From Candidatus Omnitrophota bacterium (GTDB taxonomy: Bacteria; Omnitrophota; Gorgyraeia; Duberdicusellales; 4484-171): DNA of 64,000 nt. Under the pieces are notes generated by a model. The model had not been told where the DNA came from, ran no database searches, and saw only the letters and a list, made by a program, of their open reading frames with translations. Shown here piece by piece: positions 26,967 through 35,793 of this stretch (within the stretch, counting starts at the first letter, position 1; the number at the start of each line of letters is the position of its first letter). The DNA lies in assembly GCA_037146775.1 (NCBI GenBank), contig JBAWWL010000005.1, positions 33,848 to 97,847 of the forward strand, given 5' to 3'. The translations under genes and the position numbers were made by a program.

Positions 26967-29588
26967 TTAGTCCAAATATACGTGGACGAGGATCTCTTCA
27001 TTCGTGATACGTTCCAGCACTTCTTTACGTATGAGGCAGCGGTTAGTCCCCGTAGTAACGCTCTGGTCGTTGAGGCGCACATTTTTGATGAGATAAACGC
27101 CGGATTTTTTCTTGCCGCCTTCAAATATCACAGTGATAGCTTTGTTCTTGAGCCGGCAGCGCACCTCAATGGCGCGGCCGGAAAAGTTAGCGGCAATGAG
27201 TTTTGGCTCAATAACCAGGTCTCCGAAAACAAACTTGATGCCGACAATCTCCTCAAACAGCGTGTACATATACCAGCTGGCCGAACCGGTAAGATAACTA
27301 TAAAGCCCCCTCCCTTCGGTATTAAAGTATTCCGGAATACCCGGGTAAAGGCAGGCTTTCGGCGCTCGAGCCATGCGGTAGATAGAATTAATTACCTCAA
27401 AACCTTCTTTGATAAAGCCTCTTTTATAAAGCGCATATGCAAGCATCACCACCATGTGATTAAAACAGGCGCCGTTTTCCTTGTCGCCATAGGAAAAACC
27501 GAAAGCCCTGCCGAAATCCATATACGTTGATTTGATGTCGGTGTTAAGCCGGAATCCGCCTGTGCGAGTATCATAAAGATAGCGCTTTATCGCTCGCCAT
27601 ATCTGGCGGATATGTTCGTTTCCCGCGACACCGCTCATAATAGCAAATACCTGTGAAGGCAGGAGCATGGTTACTGTGCCGCGAGCCCGTCCCTCCACGC
27701 GGTTACCTTTATTGTCGTAGTAGCCGTTAAAGAACCCTTCGGCGAGCCACTCCTTTTCCTGCAGCCACTGGTTGAGATGGTTGGATTTCTCCCGTAGGTC
27801 ATGAATGAGTGCCTCGAGAGTTATTTCAATTTTTTCTCCGGAGATAATTTTTGTTTTTTCGAAATAACGTTCAAGCCGCGCCTGCTTTTCTTCGTAACGG
27901 CTATAATGTATTGGTTCGTTTGAGCAGTCCAGAAGAATTGCCAGTTCTTTTAAAAGAAAAACGCTTTTTGTTTCTTGTTTTAATTTTTCTAAAAGCAAAC
28001 ACAAGTCAGCCAAATTATGGGCATACATAAAGCTAAAGGCTACGCTTTCTCCCTTTTGGGCTGCCATATCCAGGCCGTCGTTCCAGTCAGCGTTTTCCAA
28101 CCGGATAATATTATGCTCGCCCACGTTAAAAAATTGCACCAGATTCTGGATAAGGACGTGTTCCAGTATACTGCCTGTATAGGTTCGGTTATCTTGTGTG
28201 CGCAGAAGAAAATCTTTTTGGGAAAAGCCCGTATCAATTTCCTTGGCTCGTTTTAACTGGTGGTCTCTAAAATATGTGGTCTCTTCAAGCAGCAAGTTTA
28301 TGTCCGCGTTTCGATGTATGTAAGAACATAGTGTGAGGTATGGCCATACGCCATGGTCCATCCAGACCCGGCTGATTTTATTTCTATCCGCGATAAAACC
28401 GCCTTCTTTGGTGATAATGGTAGCGTTTGAGCCGTCAAGCCGCACTCCCCGGAAGTTGCTGACGATTAGGTCTTTTGCTTTTTCCGGTTCGGTAAACGAT
28501 AGAGCCAGCGCGTCCTGCCAAAGGTCTCGCCAGCCTCTCCCACCCTTTCCGTAATCAAAATGGGGCAGGAAGGAACACCCGAAGAGCTTACGCAAGGTCG
28601 GCTGAAGTTTTACCCAGCGCAGCCAGTTTGTGAAGTTTTTATCTTTGAAGTCAAAATCAACCGCCGCTAAGCTTGTGTGCCAGTATTGTGTGGTTTCGGT
28701 AAGGCATTTTTCGATTTTCTCCGGAGTGTTCAACTGTTGAAAAATAGTTTCTATATTTTTTCGCTGTTCCTCAATGCCCATGATAAGGCAATAGGTTGCG
28801 GTAGAGTGAGGCGGCAGCGTCCTGTCTCTGAAACGAAATGCCGCGCACGCTTCTTTGCCGTCAAAACAAGGGAGTTTCTTGCGCGCACAAGAGATATTTT
28901 TAACCACTGCATCGGGCGAAAGGATATCACCTTCGCCGTAAAAATATTCTAAGGTTGGAAATTGCCCCTTAGGCGCGATCGTTTTGTCTTCGTAACCGAG
29001 TACAAAATAGAAAGAAGTATTTTCTTTGTGGCCTTGTTCATCGAAAATCATAGTGGGTTTAAGCACTATTCCATATTTTTCCAGCTCGACGCGGTTAAGC
29101 AGCGAGCTGACATGCCGGTGGTCTCTGAGGTTTTTCTCGGCTCTGCCATAAAGGGGAATAAATGAGGTTGGTCTGATCAGCATTGGTTTTTTACTTGTGT
29201 TGGTAACTTTCAGCTGCATTACCTCGCAGGGTATATCATGGGGAATAAAATTAGTAATTTCGATAACCAGGCCGGCGGCCTTTTTGGTGATGGTATGATA
29301 GAGGAGGCCGGCTGTTATGGTATCTTCGGCCGGCTCGGAAAGCCGCAATAATTTCTTATTAGTTTTAATAAAAAACTCTCTGCGACAGAGAAGATTGCTG
29401 CGGATATCTTCGATGCTTGCCGGGGGAGTGAGAAAATGTTCATTATCTTTTTTAATATCTCCGGCTAAATCAGGGCTGATTGAGCTCAATAGCTTTCCAT
29501 TTCTATCGGTAAGCGGGAAATAGAGGTTGTATGGTTGAGGGTGCTGTACCGTAAAAGTGCCTTTCTGGTCTATAAAACTATATTTCAT
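26967..29588 (-). CDS. GH94-like (alpha/alpha)6-barrel glycoside phosphorylase/hydrolase family protein
   Basis: 873 aa. ADWNDGLD motif resembles the GH94 catalytic-acid block (GDWNDG). The assignment is tentative. Confidence 0.45.
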   Translation of the reverse strand: MKYSFIDQKGTFTVQHPQPYNLYFPLTDRNGKLLSSISPDLAGDIKKDNEHFLTPPASIEDIRSNLLCRREFFIKTNKKLLRLSEPAEDTITAGLLYHTITKKAAGLVIEITNFIPHDIPCEVMQLKVTNTSKKPMLIRPTSFIPLYGRAEKNLRDHRHVSSLLNRVELEKYGIVLKPTMIFDEQGHKENTSFYFVLGYEDKTIAPKGQFPTLEYFYGEGDILSPDAVVKNISCARKKLPCFDGKEACAAFRFRDRTLPPHSTATYCLIMGIEEQRKNIETIFQQLNTPEKIEKCLTETTQYWHTSLAAVDFDFKDKNFTNWLRWVKLQPTLRKLFGCSFLPHFDYGKGGRGWRDLWQDALALSFTEPEKAKDLIVSNFRGVRLDGSNATIITKEGGFIADRNKISRVWMDHGVWPYLTLCSYIHRNADINLLLEETTYFRDHQLKRAKEIDTGFSQKDFLLRTQDNRTYTGSILEHVLIQNLVQFFNVGEHNIIRLENADWNDGLDMAAQKGESVAFSFMYAHNLADLCLLLEKLKQETKSVFLLKELAILLDCSNEPIHYSRYEEKQARLERYFEKTKIISGEKIEITLEALIHDLREKSNHLNQWLQEKEWLAEGFFNGYYDNKGNRVEGRARGTVTMLLPSQVFAIMSGVAGNEHIRQIWRAIKRYLYDTRTGGFRLNTDIKSTYMDFGRAFGFSYGDKENGACFNHMVVMLAYALYKRGFIKEGFEVINSIYRMARAPKACLYPGIPEYFNTEGRGLYSYLTGSASWYMYTLFEEIVGIKFVFGDLVIEPKLIAANFSGRAIEVRCRLKNKAITVIFEGGKKKSGVYLIKNVRLNDQSVTTGTNRCLIRKEVLERITNEEILVHVYLD

Positions 29589-30412
29589 GAGAGTTTTTCC
29601 TCGATAGATTTCAATGTGTCTTGAGGCGTAGAGGCGCCGCCGATAATCGCTATTGTTTTAAACCCGCGAAATTTCTCCTTTTTAATATTGTCCGCGACTA
29701 CCCAGAACGCGTTGTGATTGATTTTTTTGGCAACCTGATACAATCGTTTAGTGTTCGCGCTTTGTTTTGAGCCGACAACAATAACCGCCGCGCAAGTCTT
29801 CGCCAGCTTTTCTATCTCTTCCTGGCGCAGCCTTGTGGGGTGGCATATCGTATTAAGAAAACAGAGCTCTTCGGTATGCCTGGTTAAGCCGCCCACTATC
29901 TCAGAAACATTTTCTATATTCTGGGTAGATTGGCATACGACACAGACTTTTTTTTCTATAGCGCTTTTTAGCCCTTTTAAATGGTCTTTACTTTCTATCA
30001 CGAGCCCATTCTTTACATTGCCTAGTATCCCCCTGGTTTCTTCATGATTTTTATCGCCAACGATAATGACTTGATACCCCTTGGTTTCCATCTCTTTTGC
30101 TTTTTTATGTATATCTTTTACCATGGGGCAGGTAGCGTCGACAATGGTTATGTGTTTTTCTTCGGCTTCGCAGTACGTTTCGAAAGGCTCGCCGTGCGCT
30201 TTAATAATAAGCGTCGCACCGGAGGGAATGGCTTTAAGCGAATCAATTTTCTTTATACCTTTTTTTTCTACGGCTTCACAGACCAGCTCATTATGTACGA
30301 GCCCGCCTTTTATGTAGACATTAGTATAGTTTGCGGCAGTTTCGTGAGCAATTTTAATTGCCCGTTGTACACCGAAACAGAAACCACCGTGCTTGGCTAA
30401 ACATATTTTCAT
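29585..30412 (-). CDS. ispH: 4-hydroxy-3-methylbut-2-enyl diphosphate reductase
   Basis: GFCFGVQRAI, HNE, CPMV and IVGDKNHE motifs. Start taken at MKICLAKHGG. Confidence 0.85.
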   Translation of the reverse strand: MKICLAKHGGFCFGVQRAIKIAHETAANYTNVYIKGGLVHNELVCEAVEKKGIKKIDSLKAIPSGATLIIKAHGEPFETYCEAEEKHITIVDATCPMVKDIHKKAKEMETKGYQVIIVGDKNHEETRGILGNVKNGLVIESKDHLKGLKSAIEKKVCVVCQSTQNIENVSEIVGGLTRHTEELCFLNTICHPTRLRQEEIEKLAKTCAAVIVVGSKQSANTKRLYQVAKKINHNAFWVVADNIKKEKFRGFKTIAIIGGASTPQDTLKSIEEKLS

Positions 30413-30656
30413 AGGAGTATATTCTACAATAAAATCCTTATTTTTCATCATTTTTTTTGATTAACGGGTTATGTCGGATGAATAGAATAAAACTGCAATT
30501 TTGGACGTGTCTCTTTTTTATCCCTACCCCGTTCCAGCAACCTCGTTTTAATGTGGGAAGAACTCGAGTTGGAGGGGGGGAGACGGTATTTCTTACTGGC
30601 GTGTGATTTAAAACCGCTTGCGAAGGTTATAATTTTATGGATTTTTGACACCAACT

Positions 30657-30665
30657 TGGTATAAT
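30657..30665 (+). promoter_or_regulatory. extended -10 promoter element (TGgTATAAT) just upstream of the thioredoxin-CcdA gene
   Basis: TGGTATAAT at 30657-30665. Start codon at 30675, suggesting a near-leaderless transcript. Confidence 0.4.
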
Positions 30666-30674
30666 CTAACCATA

Positions 30675-31802
30675 ATGAAAAAATTAATCTTGTCTCTGGC
30701 GCTTCTTTTTTTGTCTTTTTCTGCTCTTGCGGCCGAAAAGCCGACAGTCACCTTCTTTTATTCCCCACAGTGTAAAAAATGTATGGACTTAAAGCAGGAA
30801 TTTTTACCTTCCTTAAAAGAAAAATACAAAGATAAGGTGGTTTGGAAAGATCTGAATACTCAGGAAAAGAATAATATCATTTTTTTAATGGCGGTTACGA
30901 CGCGTCTGAAGAAAACAGGTTCGTATGTTCCGTCTGTTTTAGTGGGGGATATATTCTTAATCGGGAAGAATGAAATCAAAGATAAACTGGAAAAAACTAT
31001 TTCTACAGTCCTCAATAAAAAAACCACTCCGCTCGATTTTTTAAAGGTAGACGTACTGCAAATATTCAATAAGCTTTCAGTTTTTACTATCATAACCAGC
31101 GGCCTCATCGACGGTATAAACCCCTGTGCTTTTGCCGTGATTGTATTTTTCGTTTCGTTCTTGGCGGTGTACGGATATCGTAAGCGCTCAATTTTGTACG
31201 TAGGCATATTTTATTGCCTTGCCGTATTTACCGCTTATTTACTTATCGGCCTGGGCGTGTTCAAGTTTCTTTATGCCATGAGTGGTTTTTATCGAGTGAT
31301 AAAGTATTTCTATTACTTCGTAGCTGGTTTTTGTTTTATTTTGGCCGCTTTCGCACTCTACGATTATTTCCGGTATAAAAGAACCAAGGAAACAGACGGT
31401 TTAGTGTTGCAGCTGCCTTCTTTTTTAAAAAAGCATATTACTGCGGTGATAGGCTCTCAGCTAAGAGAGAAGAAAGATGAGGGGGTGGCCAGTTTGGCTA
31501 TCAGTGCTTTTGTGGTGGGTTTTCTTGTTTCTTTGCTCGAAGCAGCCTGCACAGGCCAAATATATTTGCCCACTATTATATTTATTTTACGCAACACTTC
31601 TCTGCAGGCAAAAGCATTCGCTTACCTTGTTCTTTATAATCTTATGTTCGTGGCGCCTCTGATAGTGGTATTTGTGCTGTCACTTCTCGGTTTTAGTTCG
31701 CGGCGGTTTGATACATTCTTAAAAGAAAATATGGCGGGTATAAAATTTTTAATGTTTTTGCTTTTTATGTTATTAGGAGTGGTGATACTATGCGTAAGTT
31801 AA
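30675..31802 (+). CDS. thioredoxin-like domain fused to a CcdA/DsbD-type transmembrane thiol-disulfide transporter
   Basis: Signal peptide. FFYSPQCKKC thioredoxin-like CxxC. DGINPCAF CcdA motif. Second Cys in LLEAACTGQ. Confidence 0.65.
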   Translation: MKKLILSLALLFLSFSALAAEKPTVTFFYSPQCKKCMDLKQEFLPSLKEKYKDKVVWKDLNTQEKNNIIFLMAVTTRLKKTGSYVPSVLVGDIFLIGKNEIKDKLEKTISTVLNKKTTPLDFLKVDVLQIFNKLSVFTIITSGLIDGINPCAFAVIVFFVSFLAVYGYRKRSILYVGIFYCLAVFTAYLLIGLGVFKFLYAMSGFYRVIKYFYYFVAGFCFILAAFALYDYFRYKRTKETDGLVLQLPSFLKKHITAVIGSQLREKKDEGVASLAISAFVVGFLVSLLEAACTGQIYLPTIIFILRNTSLQAKAFAYLVLYNLMFVAPLIVVFVLSLLGFSSRRFDTFLKENMAGIKFLMFLLFMLLGVVILCVS

Positions 31803-32131
31803 TATTATTGATATTGTTAGTTTGCTCATCTTCTCTTGTCTACGCCAAAGGCATGGACCGGCTCATGGAATTTGATCTGGGAAAAATTCCTCCCCACAAA
31901 ACCGCCTCCTATCGTCACGAATTTCACGAGGAAATAGTAAATGTTACCAGTCTGTGCGAATGCATCAAGGCGCACGTATACAAAAAGTACGATCATAGCA
32001 CCGAACCCATCTATGTGGTTAGTATAGAGTTTGAGCCCAGCGGCTACAATGGAGAAGTAAGCCAGGACGTTCTGCTTTTAGACAGTAAAGGTAATCTGAT
32101 CACGTTACGGCTGAAAATGTTTGTCGAATAA
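31790..32131 (+). CDS. secreted DUF1573-domain protein
   Basis: Signal peptide MRKLILLILLVCSSSLVYA. FDLGKI and SLCECI match the DUF1573 FDFG / SCGCT motifs. Confidence 0.5.
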   Translation: MRKLILLILLVCSSSLVYAKGMDRLMEFDLGKIPPHKTASYRHEFHEEIVNVTSLCECIKAHVYKKYDHSTEPIYVVSIEFEPSGYNGEVSQDVLLLDSKGNLITLRLKMFVE

Positions 32132-32214
32132 ACCGGCTCCGTCACTATCGCCGCTCATCTCACGCATAAAGCCGCTTTTACTGCCAACGTTTGCTAAAAC
32201 TTTCTTGGTAAATC

Positions 32215-33504
32215 ATGATATCGACCTTGCCGTATCTTGCGTTCGCCGACAAAAAAGGAACTGTCTATAGCCATCCTTTTTTACGTATGGCTGTCTCTGA
32301 CTTAAGCCAATTTAAATTACCTACGCAGGAAGAATTGATCCGGTTGCCTAAGGGGAGCGCTATTTTTTATCTTCCCGGACGCACGCCAATCGGTTTTAAC
32401 CCTAATACCGGGAATTTCGAAGCGTTAACTACCTTTGAGGGTAAAGAAGTTTGCGCCGTCGCGGCATCGCTTATTCCCGCGTATGTGCGCTTATATCATC
32501 CTGCCGCAATATTAAAACAGCATTACCAGCTGCCGTTATGGGCATACACCGCGGCTGGATGTTGTGGGAAAAATGTTTATGTGACGAGCCGGCGTATTGA
32601 CATAAGAACCAGGCACAATCCTCATTTTTACGATACTCACGTTATAAGAGAAAAAATAAATATTTTAATCAAGCGTTATCCTCAAAATCGGCTGATCAAA
32701 CATTTTGCCTATTGCGCTCTTAATTATAATTGTCTTACGGCCAGACATCTTTTTTTAGCCAGGGGCGAAGCACCGGTCGTTGCTTCGCGTCATTGCAATG
32801 CGTCTTGCCTGGGTTGCCTTTCGCGCCGAGGGTCTGATTGTCTTTCCTCACACGCGCGAATAAATTTTATTCCCAACGAAAATGAAATTATCGAGGTAAT
32901 GAAACACCATTTACGCCTCGCAGCAGAACCTATTATTAGTTTTGGCCAGGGTTGCGAGGGTGAGCCGCTTTTAGAGGCGGAACGGATAGCTTCGGCAATA
33001 AAAAAAGTGCGCGAGCAAACCGCTCGGGGAACCATTAATATGAATACCAACGCCAGTTTACCGAAAAAAATAGAACTTCTTTGCCGTGCCGGTATAGATT
33101 CGTTTCGGGTGAGCTTAAACAGCCCGCGCCAGCATTTTTACCAGCTTTATTTTAGGCCCCGAAGATACTCTTTTAAGGATGTACTTTCTTCTATCGCGAT
33201 AGCGAAAAAATACCGCAAGTTTGTTTCGGTTAACTTGTTTGTTTTTCCGGGATTCTCCGACACCGCCGAGGAAATTAAAGCTTTGAAACTTTTTATAAAA
33301 AATACCGGCATCGACATGATCCAATGGCGCAATCTTAATATTGACCCCGCGTATTATGCGCAAAAGCTTTTTCCTCATTCTTCAAAGCCTCTGGGTGTGT
33401 CCCAGCTTTTAAAGACCATCACCGATACATTTCCGTATCTTAAGATGGGCTATTTCAATCTGCCAAAGGAACAGTTTGCAAGTTTTAGAAACGTGATAAA
33501 ATAA
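32215..33504 (+). CDS. radical SAM protein of unknown function with about 180-aa N-terminal domain
   Basis: HCNASCLGC (CxxxCxxC). GQGCEGEPLL SAM-binding glycine motif. Confidence 0.6.
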   Translation: MISTLPYLAFADKKGTVYSHPFLRMAVSDLSQFKLPTQEELIRLPKGSAIFYLPGRTPIGFNPNTGNFEALTTFEGKEVCAVAASLIPAYVRLYHPAAILKQHYQLPLWAYTAAGCCGKNVYVTSRRIDIRTRHNPHFYDTHVIREKINILIKRYPQNRLIKHFAYCALNYNCLTARHLFLARGEAPVVASRHCNASCLGCLSRRGSDCLSSHARINFIPNENEIIEVMKHHLRLAAEPIISFGQGCEGEPLLEAERIASAIKKVREQTARGTINMNTNASLPKKIELLCRAGIDSFRVSLNSPRQHFYQLYFRPRRYSFKDVLSSIAIAKKYRKFVSVNLFVFPGFSDTAEEIKALKLFIKNTGIDMIQWRNLNIDPAYYAQKLFPHSSKPLGVSQLLKTITDTFPYLKMGYFNLPKEQFASFRNVIK

Positions 33505-33522
33505 TTAAAAAGGAGGGTTATT

Positions 33523-33744
33523 ATGGCGACAAAAACTGTAGAACTAAATATGCCGGGAGATTTGAAAAAGGATCCTTTTTTCTACAATATTATTAAAAAC
33601 TTCGATGTCGTTCCCCGCATACTGGAGGCATCATTTTCTACCGAGATGGGCTGGGCAATCGTTGAATTCGAAGGAAAAGAAAAAGAATTAAACAGGCTTT
33701 TTACTTTTCTCAAAGAAAAAGGCGTAGAGCTAAACTTTCTATAA
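33523..33744 (+). CDS. small ferredoxin-fold (NIL/ACT-like) protein
   Basis: 73 aa. Good AGGAGGG SD. Beta-alpha-beta pattern. Adjacent to the radical SAM gene. Confidence 0.3.
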   Translation: MATKTVELNMPGDLKKDPFFYNIIKNFDVVPRILEASFSTEMGWAIVEFEGKEKELNRLFTFLKEKGVELNFL

Positions 33745-34001
33745 TAAACAATTATTTTTGACACCGTTTTTCATTTTTTCTGGCAGCCTCGTAAAATCAA
33801 TCATAATCCGAAGTCTCGCTGTGATGGTCGGATGAACAAAATCACTGCAAACTAAAAGACATCAAATTTATTAATAATTTTTCCATTAGCTAGTAAACCA
33901 CCGCGGTAAAGCACAGAACTGCGCTAAAATTTCTGTTAACTAACAACTAACAGACATACTATCGTCAAGGTAAATAATGTAATTATTGACGTAGAGTAAT
34001 T

Positions 34002-35117
34002 ATGAAAAAAAATATAATTATATTAATTTTCACGATACTTTTTGTAAGTTATTTTCATGTCGATATATTCTGTGCCGATGTGGGGAATAAAACTATATCC
34101 CATCCGGCGCGTTATTGGCAAAAAATAAACAATAAAATTGTCCAATGTCTTTTATGCCCGCGTAAATGTATCCTTGATGTGGGCCAGCGCGGAGTATGTA
34201 CTGTACGGATCAACCAAGATGGGCAACTGTATTCTCTCGGCTATGGCAATCCTGTTGCCATGCATATCGATCCCATAGAAAAAAAACCTTTTTTCCATGT
34301 ATTACCCGGTGAAACCGCATTTTCTATCGCTGTAGCCGGCTGTAATATGCGTTGTCTGTTTTGCCAAAACTGGCAGATATCACAATCTCGGCCCGATGAA
34401 GTAGATCATTATAATATGTCGCCGGAAAACATTGTTAATGAAGCCTCAAAGAATAGCTGTCCGTTTATTGTGTATACGTATACCGAGCCCACTGTATTTT
34501 ATGAGTATATGCTGGATATTTCAAAATCAGCTAAAAAAGTAGGTTTGAAAAATGGTATGCATACCTGTGGCTATATCAATCCCGAGCCGCTCAAAGAATT
34601 ATTGAAATATATGGATGCAATTAATGTGGATATAAAAAGTTTTAATACCGAATTTTACCGTAAAATGGGGATGATGGCCCAGTTACAGCCGGTTCTAGAC
34701 ACGATAAAGACTATCAAGCAAGAGGGCGTGTGGCTTGAATTAACCAATCTCATCATTCCCAATGAAAATGATAGCCAGGTCGAAATTGAAAAGATGTGTG
34801 TCTGGATTAAGGAAAATTTAGGCGACGAAGTGCCCGTACATTTTAGCCGCTTTGTACCGCAATTTCGGCTGCAGAATTTGCCGTCCACGCCAATCAGTAA
34901 ATTAGAAGAAGCAAGCAGGATAGCCAAAAGTGTAGGCTTGAAATATGTGTATATAGGTAATGTTCCCGGCCACCCCCAGGAAGACACCTATTGCCCTAAT
35001 TGTAAAAAACTATTGATAGATAGAATTGGCTATGAAATTCTCGAAAATCACGTCAAAGAAGGAAAATGTAAATTCTGCGGTTATAAGATTGCTGGCATAT
35101 GGCGTGATGCAAAATAA
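34002..35117 (+). CDS. AmmeMemoRadiSam-system-type radical SAM enzyme (orphan: no AMMECR1/Memo genes adjacent)
   Basis: CLLCPRKCIL...GVC...GCNMRCLFCQNWQISQS. Family-specific QNW after CxxxCxxC. DPIEKKPFFH block. Confidence 0.8.
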   Translation: MKKNIIILIFTILFVSYFHVDIFCADVGNKTISHPARYWQKINNKIVQCLLCPRKCILDVGQRGVCTVRINQDGQLYSLGYGNPVAMHIDPIEKKPFFHVLPGETAFSIAVAGCNMRCLFCQNWQISQSRPDEVDHYNMSPENIVNEASKNSCPFIVYTYTEPTVFYEYMLDISKSAKKVGLKNGMHTCGYINPEPLKELLKYMDAINVDIKSFNTEFYRKMGMMAQLQPVLDTIKTIKQEGVWLELTNLIIPNENDSQVEIEKMCVWIKENLGDEVPVHFSRFVPQFRLQNLPSTPISKLEEASRIAKSVGLKYVYIGNVPGHPQEDTYCPNCKKLLIDRIGYEILENHVKEGKCKFCGYKIAGIWRDAK

Positions 35118-35120
35118 TAG

Positions 35121-35792
35121 ATGCAAAACAGCTTTATTACCACCCTACAACTTTTTTTTATCGGCTTTAGTTTCGGTATTACCGGCCCATGTATTTTTAG
35201 CTGCACCCCGATTATCATAACCTATCTTTGCGCTACAAAAAAAGAACGGTTTTCTGCTTTTGTGGATATTTTTATTTTTTTGGCCGGCAGATTCCTAGCA
35301 TATTTAGTTTTGGGTTTTTTAACCGGCCTGGGGCTGGGTTTATTAAAGCAGTTCATTGATTCAGGGCTTACTCAATTTTTGCGTTTTGCCGGTGGGATTA
35401 TTACCGTGCTTATGGGATTGGCTATTTTATTTTTTAAAGAACGGAATAACTTTTGGTGTAAACTTATACAGGCAAAAGCTACCGGGCTTGGCAGTTTATG
35501 TATGTTGGGTTTTATTGTAGGCATAAGCCCATGCGTACCGCTGGTGACGCTTTTAACTGAGGTAGCTTTGATGTCAAAAAACATCTATGACAGTGTATGG
35601 TATACTTTTTCTTTTGCGTGCGGAATATTTCTTTCAACCTTTGTAGTATTAGCAAGCTTAGGGGGGATATGCACGTGGGTTCCTAAAAAAATCATAAAAT
35701 CAAAAATAAGCGAAATTATTTTTAAAATAATTTGTTCAATTCTGCTTATTATTCTTGGTATGGATATTGTGATGAAAAATCTTCCTCAGTAA
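35121..35792 (+). CDS. DsbD_2/CcdA-like membrane protein with two conserved PC motifs
   Basis: 6 TM segments. GPCIFSC and SPCVPL motifs. Confidence 0.4.
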   Translation: MQNSFITTLQLFFIGFSFGITGPCIFSCTPIIITYLCATKKERFSAFVDIFIFLAGRFLAYLVLGFLTGLGLGLLKQFIDSGLTQFLRFAGGIITVLMGLAILFFKERNNFWCKLIQAKATGLGSLCMLGFIVGISPCVPLVTLLTEVALMSKNIYDSVWYTFSFACGIFLSTFVVLASLGGICTWVPKKIIKSKISEIIFKIICSILLIILGMDIVMKNLPQ

Positions 35793-35793
35793 C

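Noticed and set aside
30645-30674. First ATG (30645) as start of the thioredoxin-CcdA gene
   Set aside because: The extended -10 element TGGTATAAT (30657-30665) lies inside this extension. The second ATG (30675) is followed by a lipoprotein-like signal peptide (MKKLILSLALLFLSFSALA).
33523-33744. 73-aa protein as a RiPP precursor peptide for the adjacent radical SAM enzymes
   Set aside because: Sequence predicts a compact beta-alpha-beta fold with mixed charged and hydrophobic core. It has no Cys/Ser/Thr-rich core peptide or leader-like region. A NIL/ACT-like partner domain is more consistent.
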